This document shows positions 39,605 through 48,956 of a DNA stretch of 64,000 bases, one piece after another; the stretch's first letter is position 1; each line of letters opens with the position of its first letter. The stretch comes from Candidatus Yanofskybacteria bacterium (GTDB lineage Bacteria; Patescibacteriota; Minisyncoccia; 2-02-FULL-40-12; GWA2-44-9): assembly GCA_020847715.1 (NCBI GenBank), contig JADLBM010000021.1, positions 800 through 64,799 on the forward strand, in the 5' to 3' direction. The position numbers and the translations under genes were made by a program. The notes below the pieces were generated by a model, which ran no database searches, was not told the DNA's origin, and was given only the letters and a program-made list of their open reading frames with translations.

Positions 39605-39952
39605 CTATTCGGCAACAATCTTCGGCCCCAATGCTTTCCCTCCAAGCAGATGCACGTGCAAGTGTGGCACCAACTTTCCGCCATGCTCCCCTTCATTGAT
39701 GATGAGTCGGTATCCCTTCACAAGGCCCTGCGCCGCCGCAACCCGATGCGCGGTCGCAACGAGCTTCCCCAGCAAATGCCCATCATGCTCCGCAAGCTCC
39801 TCGATACCCGCAACGTGCTTCACTGGCATAACCAGCAAATGCACCGGTGCTTGCGGATGAATGTCCTTGATAACGACGACCTCGTCGTCTCGATAGACCT
39901 CCTCCCCCGGTATTTCGCCGGCGATAATCTTGCAGAATACGTCCTCAATCAT
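39605..39952 (-). CDS. histidine triad (HIT) protein
   Basis: FCKIIAGEIP, HLHVHLLGG. Confidence 0.95.
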   Translation of the reverse strand: MIEDVFCKIIAGEIPGEEVYRDDEVVVIKDIHPQAPVHLLVMPVKHVAGIEELAEHDGHLLGKLVATAHRVAAAQGLVKGYRLIINEGEHGGKLVPHLHVHLLGGKALGPKIVAE

Positions 39953-39963
39953 ACGGTGACCTC

Positions 39964-41265
39964 CTATTTACTCTTCAACCTCTTCTTCAATTCATCGATA
40001 ATCTTCTCCAGCGGGATGGTCTCCTGAATGCCGGTGTCCATCTCCCGCACGATTACCGTCCCCTCAAGTGCCTCCTTCTGCCCAAAGATGAGCGCGAAGC
40101 GAACCCCGTACCGCGCAGCGATGCGCAGCTGACCCTTGATGGTATCGCGCGAGAGCGAGTAGCGAACCTCGATACCAGACTTCCGGATTTCCTCGAAGAG
40201 CATCAGCGAGCGCTTCTTTGCCGCCTCGCCCAACTGGCTCAGGAACACCTTTGGACGCGCGCCGACTTCTGGAATGGAAACGTTCTTCGCCTTCATTCGG
40301 GTTACGATCTGGTCGATATCGAGCGCCCATCCGGCCGCCGGCGTGCGAGGCCCGCCGAGAAGCTCGGAGAGGCGGTCCATCCGGCCACCACGGAGTACCG
40401 TCTGCCCGACGATAGCTTGCCCCTGCTCATCGGTTGTCGCATCCAGCACGAACTCCCACACCGTGTGCGAGGCATACTCGTCGACCGTCACAAGCGTGTG
40501 GTCGATAACGTACGGGACCTGTCCCTCATCGAGGAACTCAAGCAAGTGCTTGAAGTGAGCACGCGCCTCTTCGCTCAGGTAGTCCACGGACTGCGGCGCT
40601 TCCCGCGCAAGCTCTGAATTCTCCACTCCGAGCAATCGAAGCCCTTGGAACGGGTGCTCCTTTGCAGCCGCAGCAACTTTCGCGCTCACCTTCCGCCCGT
40701 TCGTGCGGAAGAAATCACGAAGCGCGCGGAGGTATGACTGCCGGCCCGCCACATCACCAATCGTATTCAGGCGTACCGTGAACGAACCGAGACCAAGAGC
40801 TTCAATGATACGGCACCCGAGGAACAGCAGCTCCGCATCGACTGCTTCCGAATCGTCGCCGACCGTCTGAACCCCCAACTGCCAATGCATCTCATGCCCG
40901 CGTTCCACCGGCACAAGGATCGGCGAGTTCGCGAACAATTTCACCGGATGCGGCAATGCATGCATGCCGTACTGAAGGTAGGCTCGCATGAGCGAGGGGG
41001 CGAGGGATGCGCGAAGGGCAAGATGCATGCCATGGCTCTTTCCGGTCGCAAGGCGCTTCACGAGATCCGGATCGCTCCCCGCAACCGGCCGCGTGAATGT
41101 CTCAACCTGCTCGACAGGCGCGAGATCGATACGCGTAAAGCTGTAGTCAGCAAGAAGACCATTCGCCCGACGCCACACGTGGTGCCAAAAACGCTGCTCA
41201 TCAGGGGTGATATCGAAAAAGCCCTCGGGCAGTGTCGGAATATTGGTTTTCTTTTTTGTAGCCAT
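39964..41265 (-). CDS. hisS: histidyl-tRNA synthetase-like protein with degenerate active site
   Basis: HisRS layout and anticodon-binding domain present; motif 2/3 Arg and GLDYY substituted. Confidence 0.8.
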   Translation of the reverse strand: MATKKKTNIPTLPEGFFDITPDEQRFWHHVWRRANGLLADYSFTRIDLAPVEQVETFTRPVAGSDPDLVKRLATGKSHGMHLALRASLAPSLMRAYLQYGMHALPHPVKLFANSPILVPVERGHEMHWQLGVQTVGDDSEAVDAELLFLGCRIIEALGLGSFTVRLNTIGDVAGRQSYLRALRDFFRTNGRKVSAKVAAAAKEHPFQGLRLLGVENSELAREAPQSVDYLSEEARAHFKHLLEFLDEGQVPYVIDHTLVTVDEYASHTVWEFVLDATTDEQGQAIVGQTVLRGGRMDRLSELLGGPRTPAAGWALDIDQIVTRMKAKNVSIPEVGARPKVFLSQLGEAAKKRSLMLFEEIRKSGIEVRYSLSRDTIKGQLRIAARYGVRFALIFGQKEALEGTVIVREMDTGIQETIPLEKIIDELKKRLKSK

Positions 41266-41275
41266 GAGGCTGGAT

Positions 41276-41944
41276 TTACTGGATGACCTGCGGATACTCG
41301 GTGCGAGGAATAAAGCTGATCTTCGTGAACGGCCACAACCGCAGCCACGCCAGACCGGCAAAATACGAACGGTCGACGGGCCCAAAGAACCGGCTGTCAC
41401 TGGAGTGCTCACGATTATCACCCATAACAAAGTAGTGGTTCGCCTCGAGCTTCACCTTCGAACCGCACCATGTCGAAGTAGAAAGACAATACGTAGGATT
41501 CTCTTTCGGCAGGTAGCCGGCCTCGGCAACCTTAAACCCGTTCGGGTAGCGTTCGTTGAATACGGTCACCGTGTTATCGTTCCCGACGAGAACCGATTCT
41601 CCCGGCAATCCGATGATGCGCTTGATGAAATACTCCTTCGGATTTCCCGGATAGCGGAAGATGATGACATCGCCACGCTCGGGCTGTCCGAGACGATACG
41701 TCCACTTGTCGACGAGGATATACTCCTTGTCGTGAAAGTTCGGAACCATCGAGCTTCCCTTCACAAAGAACGGCTGGATGAGATAGTAACGAACCGGAAG
41801 AATGATGACCAGCGAGATAAGCACGACGCGAACCGTCTCCCATACGAACTCGAACAGCTCGCCGAAAAAGGTGGAACCGGCGCCCTCCAAGGGCTTTGCG
41901 GGCCGCGGGGTCGCGGGCTGCTGCGGGGTCATTGGTTGGTCCAT
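41276..41944 (-). CDS. lepB: signal peptidase I
   Basis: GSSMVP, IKRIIGLPGE, GDNREHSSDSR. Confidence 0.96.
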   Translation of the reverse strand: MDQPMTPQQPATPRPAKPLEGAGSTFFGELFEFVWETVRVVLISLVIILPVRYYLIQPFFVKGSSMVPNFHDKEYILVDKWTYRLGQPERGDVIIFRYPGNPKEYFIKRIIGLPGESVLVGNDNTVTVFNERYPNGFKVAEAGYLPKENPTYCLSTSTWCGSKVKLEANHYFVMGDNREHSSDSRFFGPVDRSYFAGLAWLRLWPFTKISFIPRTEYPQVIQ

Positions 41945-42061
41945 ACGAAGGGCAAATATGAGCTGACGGCGCAGAATACCATATATTTTGGCTCGGTTCA
42001 AGCGCGCTGAGCGGGTCGTCGTATTTGTCATTTTCACCGCATCGTCTATCATGCGTCTCAT

Positions 42062-42628
42062 ATGAAGCTCATCGTTGGCATCGGCAATCCGGATCCGGAA
42101 TACCTCGAGACTCGCCACAATGTGGGGTGGCAGTTTTTGGACTGGCTGAATAAGAAATACAAAGGTGAGAAATTCTCAGAGAACACGAAAGTCCTCGGCC
42201 ATGTCGCAAAGATAGATATAGAAGGCATCAAGAGCTGGCTCCTCAAACCGACCACCTTTGTAAACAAGTCGGGCGACGCCGTGCGCAAAGCAAAACCGTG
42301 GGCCAAGGCAACAAACGACGATATCGTTATTGTCCACGACGACCTCGACATCCCCTTCGGCATGTGCAAATTCTCCTTTGAGAAAAACTCCGGAGGTCAC
42401 CGCGGCGTACAGAATGTCATCGATGCACTGAAGACGAATAAATTTTACCGCATCCGCATTGGTACTGGCGTGCGCGCACTCGAAAAGGCGCGCGACGAAT
42501 CTGACAAGAAGCGCGACGAATTCGTGAAGGAATTCGTGCTCAAAAAATTCACTCCCGCCCAACACGACGAGCTCACAGCAATCTTTAAAGACTGCGAGGT
42601 ACGCCTCCTCCAAGCACTCAAACGATAA
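42062..42628 (+). CDS. pth: peptidyl-tRNA hydrolase
   Basis: GIGNP, TRHNVG, HDDLD, GGHRG. Confidence 0.96.
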   Translation: MKLIVGIGNPDPEYLETRHNVGWQFLDWLNKKYKGEKFSENTKVLGHVAKIDIEGIKSWLLKPTTFVNKSGDAVRKAKPWAKATNDDIVIVHDDLDIPFGMCKFSFEKNSGGHRGVQNVIDALKTNKFYRIRIGTGVRALEKARDESDKKRDEFVKEFVLKKFTPAQHDELTAIFKDCEVRLLQALKR

Positions 42629-42675
42629 AGAAAAGGCCCGAGGGAGTATCCCTCGGGCCTGCCCGTCAGCTGACG

Positions 42676-44001
42676 TTACGACGCTTTCAGCATCGCCTTG
42701 GCGATGCGCTCTTTTGCGCGCCGCTCGCGCGCTCGTGCGCGGGGTTCGACACCCTGCTCTGCGAACGCCCTCGAGAGCCCCTCCCGCACGATGTCCACGA
42801 TACGCCCCAGCGACAGACGCGTGACCGGCGTGTTGGGCGCGGTCAGCGTGCCGTTGTGGCACCCGTAGAATCCGAACCACTCGGGCACTCGCTTGAGCGT
42901 CCCCGGCTGGCGCAGAACATCCAGGTTGATCGGCTCGCCGGGGTCGGCCTTCGCGCGCCGCTCTTCTTCCCGAAGGCGAGCGAGGACGTACTCCATGGGG
43001 AGTCGCTGGTGCAGATCGAAGATGTTGATGCTCCCGCTCGACCGGACCTGAATGAGCACATCGACATCGGTGTCGGCGGAGCGAACCGCGTGCTTCATCT
43101 CCGAGTTGTCCGTCTTTACGACGATGATCTTGTACGGACAGCCCTCTACGAGCTTCGCCTCGGCGGCGTAGGCGGCGCGAGCCGCCATGTACTGGGTCTG
43201 CTGGTGATGCTTTGCGGTCAGAAACGCAAAGACGATGGAGCGGACACGCTCGGAGGGCACCTTGGCGGCCACGAGCGCCTCCCAGATGCTTTCGAGATCG
43301 AACGGCCGCTTCGTGGAGAGTTTCCCCTCACGAAGTGCGAACTCCAAGATCTGCGCCATGCCCAGATCGCCGACGACACCGAACGCTTCCGCGGCGTCCA
43401 ACACCGAACGGAACTCCGACGGAGCGGAGGAACCGAACCGCAAGACGACCCAGTCGGCCATGAGCCGCTGGAACGCACCATCAGGGATCGGCGCTGTCGC
43501 TTCTCCCGAATCGAGCCGGAAGTAGGCGTCGAAGATGATGGCGTCCATGCCGACGACATCGGCGAGCTCCATCTCCGCGCCCCAGCACGCCTTGATGAGC
43601 GAAGCGAGCTCGAAGGGCGAGTCATGCGCGTCGCGGTCGGCACCCAGGGAGTACGCCAGCATCCGCTGAAGTCCCGCGAACTCGGCAACACCGAGGTAGC
43701 GAGCCATCTTCGTTGCCGCGTTGTCGCGGGCGCTGTCGCCGAACACCTCCTCATGCTCGTCGAACGGCCCGCCGAGCACGCCCACACAGGCGGTCCTCTC
43801 GTGGATGAGGTAGTCCCACCCATTCCAGCGCCGCTTGGAGTGCAGCCCGGCATCCACCAACCCGATGAGAGCATCGGCGAATCCGGGCAGGAGGATCGTT
43901 CCCCAGCGCCTGCCAATGGCGATGGCGCGGAGCTCGTCCTCGTGCGGCGCGACATGTGTCACGATCAGTTCGACTGGGTATCGCTGCTTGACCCGACCCA
44001 T
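42676..44001 (-). CDS. MYG1/DHH-like putative phosphoesterase
   Basis: THVAPHEDE, GGPFDEH; AAGGAGGT SD; family assignment inferred. Confidence 0.65.
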   Translation of the reverse strand: MGRVKQRYPVELIVTHVAPHEDELRAIAIGRRWGTILLPGFADALIGLVDAGLHSKRRWNGWDYLIHERTACVGVLGGPFDEHEEVFGDSARDNAATKMARYLGVAEFAGLQRMLAYSLGADRDAHDSPFELASLIKACWGAEMELADVVGMDAIIFDAYFRLDSGEATAPIPDGAFQRLMADWVVLRFGSSAPSEFRSVLDAAEAFGVVGDLGMAQILEFALREGKLSTKRPFDLESIWEALVAAKVPSERVRSIVFAFLTAKHHQQTQYMAARAAYAAEAKLVEGCPYKIIVVKTDNSEMKHAVRSADTDVDVLIQVRSSGSINIFDLHQRLPMEYVLARLREEERRAKADPGEPINLDVLRQPGTLKRVPEWFGFYGCHNGTLTAPNTPVTRLSLGRIVDIVREGLSRAFAEQGVEPRARARERRAKERIAKAMLKAS

Positions 44002-44121
44002 ACGACCTCCTTACCCCTCTCTCGGTGGGGCATCTGTGTTCGCTGTCGATACTGTGAACGAGCGAAAGAGGCCCAATGCCTCATGGACCTATTATACCAC
44101 TTTATTGAGATATGAGTCAAC

Positions 44122-44826
44122 CTACCCGCTCTTCTGCACGATACGGATGATGAGCGCGGTCGCCGCGACAAGACCGGCTGCGAACATCGCAATAGCGACA
44201 TACTTCCAGATGAGCGGACGGCGGCGGCTCACGAGCAGGAATTCCTGCTCCACCTTCTGTACCGCTTCCTCAACTTCGGTCCCCGACTTGGTCGGAAACT
44301 CCTTGAACGGATCGGTTCCCGGATTCACCTGCTGAACAACGCGCTGAAGGTAGGTTTCGTTGAAGAACTTGATGACATCGTACCGGCTTAGTACCCCGAC
44401 AAGCTTGCCCTGCTCATCGACAACGCAGAGCGGGTTCACCTTGTGGTAGTCGGCAAAAATTTTCGCAGCCTCTTCGAGTGTCGCGTCCTGGCGGACCGAT
44501 ACCACCTTCGGGTTCATGATGCTCGTCGCCTTGATGTCCTTCAGCTTCCCGAAATATGCATCGAGCATGCGTCGGTCGCCCTTCTCTCGCCCAATCTGCT
44601 CCATGAGCTTGATGAGCGTGGGAATGTGCACATCGGACGACTGCACCACCATGTCGTACGCCGTAATGATACCGAGCAGTGTATGCTGCTGGTCAACGAC
44701 GGGCATACCGTCGTAGTCGTACTTCTCGAACAGGCCCGCAATGACATCGAGCGTGTCGTTGGCATCAATAGCCAACACGTCTTTTGTCATCACATCGCCC
44801 ACCCGAATCTGCGGAGCGTCTGCCAT
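44122..44826 (-). CDS. tandem CBS-domain protein with C-terminal TM
   Basis: VGDVMTKDV, MPVVD, LVGVLSRYD. Confidence 0.9.
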   Translation of the reverse strand: MADAPQIRVGDVMTKDVLAIDANDTLDVIAGLFEKYDYDGMPVVDQQHTLLGIITAYDMVVQSSDVHIPTLIKLMEQIGREKGDRRMLDAYFGKLKDIKATSIMNPKVVSVRQDATLEEAAKIFADYHKVNPLCVVDEQGKLVGVLSRYDVIKFFNETYLQRVVQQVNPGTDPFKEFPTKSGTEVEEAVQKVEQEFLLVSRRRPLIWKYVAIAMFAAGLVAATALIIRIVQKSG

Positions 44827-44890
44827 ATGCCGCTAGTATACCACACCGCCCATGCGGGCGGTGTGGGAGTGAACGCGGTCAATGCCGCCC

Positions 44891-46927
44891 CTAGAGAAAC
44901 AGTGCGACCAGCGCGAGTGTCAGCGTCGACAGTAGCTTGATGAGCACATGGAGCGACGGGCCGGCGGTATCCTTGAACGGATCGCCCACCGTATCTCCCG
45001 TGACAGCCGCCTTGTGCGTGTCAGAGCCCTTCCCGCCGTAGTGGCCCTCCTCGATGTACTTCTTTGCATTATCCCACGCGCCGCCAGCGTTGTTCATGAG
45101 TGTCGCCATCAGGATTCCTGCGATGGTTCCGACCATCAGAAGACCTGCGGCCGCTTCCGCCTTGAACACAATGCCGACTGCGATGGGAACGATGATGGCG
45201 AGTACGCCCGGGAAGATCATCTCCTTCAGTGCGCCACGCGTAGTGATGTCCACCGCACGAGCGTAGTCCGGCTTCGAGGTCCCCTGCATGATGCCGGGAT
45301 TCTCTTTAAACTGCGCGCGAACATCGTTGATGATATAGTAGGCGGCCTTTCCAACAGCGCGAATAGCAAGCGAGCTAAAGACAAAGACGAGAGTGGCGCC
45401 AAGAAGCGCACCGATGAAGACATTCACATTTGCGAGGTTCACGACCGTCAAATGAGCCTCCTCAAGGTACGCGCTGAAGAGCAGGAACGCGGCAAGCGCA
45501 GCGGAGCCGATGGCGTATCCCTTCGTGAGCGCTTTCGTCGTGTTGCCAGCCGCATCGAGCTTGTCGGTAGTCCGGCGAACATCCTCCGATGCCTTCGACA
45601 TCTCGACGATACCGCCAGCATTGTCGGTGATGGGACCAAACACATCCATCGCGAGTACGTATGCCGCCGTCGCGAGCATACCCATCGTCGCCACAGCGGT
45701 ACCATACAGGCCACCGTGCGCGACGCCACTGTGCGAGCCCAACCAGTAGGACGAGAGGAGCGCGGCACTGATGGCAACAACGGTAGCGCCCGTGGACTCC
45801 AAGCCGACCGCGTAGCCGGAGATGATGTTCGTGCCGTGCCCGGTTGTCGAAGACTCGGCGATCTCGCGAACGGGACGGTACTGCGATTCCGTGTAGTACT
45901 GGGTCAGGTACACGAACACGATGGAAGTCGCGATGCCAACCATGCCGGCCCAGAAGAACCACAGGTTGCCCAGCATATTCTGTGTGACGAAGTAGAATGC
46001 AACCGCCGCAAGAACCGAGGTAACCCAGTAGCCACGGTTCAGGCTGTTCATGGGGTTCTCATCGGCCTTCGCTTTCGCAGAAAAGATACCGACAACCGTC
46101 GCGATCAGACCGAACGCGCGCAGAACCAACGGGAACATGATGCCTTTGATGCCGAATACCGGATAGAGCGAAACGCCCAAGATCATGGCGCCGATGTTTT
46201 CGGCCGCCGCAGACTCGAAGAGATCGGCACCACGACCAGCGCAGTCACCAACATTGTCACCTACGAGGTCGGCGACGACTGCAGGATTACGCGGATCATC
46301 CTCCGGAATGCCGGACTCAACCTTCCCGACGAGGTCAGCGCCCACATCGGCAGCCTTGGTGAAGATGCCGCCACCCAGTTGCGCGAACAGCGCGACCAAT
46401 GATGCGCCGAACCCGTATCCAACGATGAGCGACGGAATATCCTTAATATCGAATCCGAGCCACTCGTAAATCAGGAAAAGAATACTGATGCCGAGCAGCG
46501 ACATCGCCACGATGATGATGCCCGAGACGGCGCCTCCACGTAGTGCGATTTGGAGCGCCTGCGGAAGCCCCCGCTGGGCGGCACCGGCCGCGCGAATGTT
46601 TGCACGGACGGAAATCGTCATCGCAACAATACCCGCCACCGCCGATGAAACGGCACCGAAGAGGAATGCCGCGGATGTCTGCCATCCATGGCTCCAGCTA
46701 CCGGAGAGGCCGTAGGCGAGTAGGAGCACGACGGCCAGCAAGACACTAATGATACCGATGGTGCGGTACTGACGACGCATGAATGCGTTCGCGCCCTCAC
46801 GAATAACATCAGATACCGCGACCATCGCGGGAGTGCCGACGGGCTGACGGAGGACCCACCGCGCGAGAAGACCGGCAAAGACCAGCGCCGCTATCGAAAT
46901 ACCGAATGCAAGCAACGTATACTCCAT
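44891..46927 (-). CDS. hppA: membrane proton-translocating pyrophosphatase, K+-independent type
   Basis: DVGADLVGKVE, DNVGD, GNTTKA (Lys variant), GDPFKDT. Confidence 0.97.
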   Translation of the reverse strand: MEYTLLAFGISIAALVFAGLLARWVLRQPVGTPAMVAVSDVIREGANAFMRRQYRTIGIISVLLAVVLLLAYGLSGSWSHGWQTSAAFLFGAVSSAVAGIVAMTISVRANIRAAGAAQRGLPQALQIALRGGAVSGIIIVAMSLLGISILFLIYEWLGFDIKDIPSLIVGYGFGASLVALFAQLGGGIFTKAADVGADLVGKVESGIPEDDPRNPAVVADLVGDNVGDCAGRGADLFESAAAENIGAMILGVSLYPVFGIKGIMFPLVLRAFGLIATVVGIFSAKAKADENPMNSLNRGYWVTSVLAAVAFYFVTQNMLGNLWFFWAGMVGIATSIVFVYLTQYYTESQYRPVREIAESSTTGHGTNIISGYAVGLESTGATVVAISAALLSSYWLGSHSGVAHGGLYGTAVATMGMLATAAYVLAMDVFGPITDNAGGIVEMSKASEDVRRTTDKLDAAGNTTKALTKGYAIGSAALAAFLLFSAYLEEAHLTVVNLANVNVFIGALLGATLVFVFSSLAIRAVGKAAYYIINDVRAQFKENPGIMQGTSKPDYARAVDITTRGALKEMIFPGVLAIIVPIAVGIVFKAEAAAGLLMVGTIAGILMATLMNNAGGAWDNAKKYIEEGHYGGKGSDTHKAAVTGDTVGDPFKDTAGPSLHVLIKLLSTLTLALVALFL

Positions 46928-47046
46928 AACGAATAAAAAAGACGTGCAGACACTTAATGAGATACGTTGACCAGTGTAGAAAATCGGTACGAAGAAATCA
47001 ATTGACTTACCAGATTTTTGATGTATAGTCACCAGCGGAGGCTCCC

Positions 47047-47412
47047 ATGCGAGAATTGATTTGGGTTGGCATCAATGTCGATCCGCGAGAGACCCCAGAA
47101 ACGGACGTCGTAGCGGCGCTGGAAGAAGGGCGCGCCCTACTCCGAGCGTACACTGAAGTTTCGGGCAAGCGCGCACTAGGCACAACAACGAGCTACCCGA
47201 ACGGGACTCAGGTGACCACCTACCGCGTCGACGACCACGCATTCGAGTTCATCGAAGTCACCACCCCTACCGGACAGGTCGGGTTCGGCGCCCGAGTCGC
47301 CAGCCAGCAAGAGGGAAAGGCGGCGATTCCCGCCATACGCGCATGGTTCAGGGCAAACCAAGCCGCCCTTACCATTTCCGTGACGGTCTGGTCGATCTCG
47401 ATTCCGAGCTGA
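47047..47412 (+). CDS. orphan hypothetical protein
   Basis: TTGACT-16-TATAGT, GGAGG SD, terminator. Confidence 0.7.
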   Translation: MRELIWVGINVDPRETPETDVVAALEEGRALLRAYTEVSGKRALGTTTSYPNGTQVTTYRVDDHAFEFIEVTTPTGQVGFGARVASQQEGKAAIPAIRAWFRANQAALTISVTVWSISIPS

Positions 47413-47453
47413 TACACCAATCAGCTCACACCCCGCCATGGCGGGGTATTTCT

Positions 47454-48458
47454 TTATTCCAATTGCTTCGCCTCATCTGCGAGCTCGATGACCTTCTGCG
47501 TCCGCTCGACAAGGTGCCCCAGCTTTTTGTCGGAACGCTCGAATGCCGACTGCGCATCGGACAGGTGATCGCCAAGTTTCCGGAAGTCCGTCGCAAGCGT
47601 CCCCGCGTCCTTGATGACCGTCTCCAGTTTTTTCATGATGTCCCGCGTCTGCTTCTGAAGCTGCACATCTTTGAACCAGTGAATAACAGCCGAGAGCGTG
47701 ATGTAGAGCGTATTCGGCGATGCAAGGTAGACTTTGCGTTTGCGCGCATACTCGGCGATGTCGTCGCTCGTCACGTTCTGAATAACCTCATAGTAGATGC
47801 TCTCAGCGGGCATATACATGAGCGCCATATCAACGGTGCCTTCGCCGGGGAGAATGTACTTCGTCGCAATCTCATCAATGCGCTTCTTCACATCAGACAC
47901 GAACGCTTTTCGGTAGGCCTGCCGCGCCGCTTCACCCTCCGCTTCGGTCATCTTCTTGAAGTTCTCCCAGCTAAACTTGCTGTCGATAGGAAGGAGAAGG
48001 TCATTGGGAAGTTTCAGCACGGCATCAACGATCTCGCCAGACGCAAATCCATACTGCTCCTCGAAGCCGCCGTGCGGAAAGTATTCCCGAAGGATTGCAC
48101 CGAGGGTAAGCTCGCCCCACGTACCGCGCAATTTCGGCGAACGGAACATCTCTTGAAACGAGGAAACGTCCTTCACCGATTCCTGCACGCGGTGCACGGT
48201 CTCGCGCAACTCAGTCATCCCCTGCGTGAACGACTGCACCTGAGAGAACACGGAGCGGGTCGCCTGTTCGGACGCCTGCCGACTCTGCTCAAGCTGCTGT
48301 GTCACCTGCTGGTGCAGAGCATCGAGCCGCTGAGCAAGCATGAGTACCGACTGGTCCGGCTCGGACGTCCGGCGCGCCATGACCGCGCGCAACACCACAA
48401 CCAAAACTCCACCGATTGCGGTGAGGAGCACGAACATCATCAGCGTGGCGGTTTCCAT
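47454..48458 (-). CDS. rmuC: DNA recombination protein RmuC
   Basis: RGTWGE, VDAVLKLP, IDSKF, YMPAESIY, ASPNTL. Confidence 0.95.
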   Translation of the reverse strand: METATLMMFVLLTAIGGVLVVVLRAVMARRTSEPDQSVLMLAQRLDALHQQVTQQLEQSRQASEQATRSVFSQVQSFTQGMTELRETVHRVQESVKDVSSFQEMFRSPKLRGTWGELTLGAILREYFPHGGFEEQYGFASGEIVDAVLKLPNDLLLPIDSKFSWENFKKMTEAEGEAARQAYRKAFVSDVKKRIDEIATKYILPGEGTVDMALMYMPAESIYYEVIQNVTSDDIAEYARKRKVYLASPNTLYITLSAVIHWFKDVQLQKQTRDIMKKLETVIKDAGTLATDFRKLGDHLSDAQSAFERSDKKLGHLVERTQKVIELADEAKQLE

Positions 48459-48476
48459 GAGCGAATACTAGCAGAC

Positions 48477-48884
48477 CTACTGGAAGAGAACGAGAATGAG
48501 CGACATAACCGCGAGCGAGATGAGTGATGCGGCACCGTTGAGCACCACGAGTGCGAATGGCTTCCCCTCCCAGAGCCATGCACCGGCCTGGGTCACCAGA
48601 ATGAAGCCGAGCCAAATCCAAAAGGCAAGCACAAGCGCATCGCCGATCGTCAGTACCCCCCACACGACCGAAAAATGCGCGAGAACGAACGCCATAACAA
48701 GTGCCGTCACGAACCCAATACCCATCGCCTGCCCTGCGGTAAGCGGCATTGAGCGCATCGCCTCATCGTTGAGTCCCTGCAATTTCCGCCACCGCTTCCC
48801 GAACGCTGGGCCGTACCATACCGCACCGATAATCAAATATGCCACAGCCGCCCCAAGGACCGCCCAGTAGTTGGAGATATTCAT
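48477..48884 (-). CDS. DUF1761-like membrane protein
   Basis: NYWAVL...GAVWYGPAFGKRW; 4 TM. Confidence 0.8.
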   Translation of the reverse strand: MNISNYWAVLGAAVAYLIIGAVWYGPAFGKRWRKLQGLNDEAMRSMPLTAGQAMGIGFVTALVMAFVLAHFSVVWGVLTIGDALVLAFWIWLGFILVTQAGAWLWEGKPFALVVLNGAASLISLAVMSLILVLFQ

Positions 48885-48956
48885 ACCCTTCATTCTATCG
48901 AATCTGTGCAGGAATGGGAACGGAGCCGTCCGCCTCCTATGATATACTAGAAGGGT

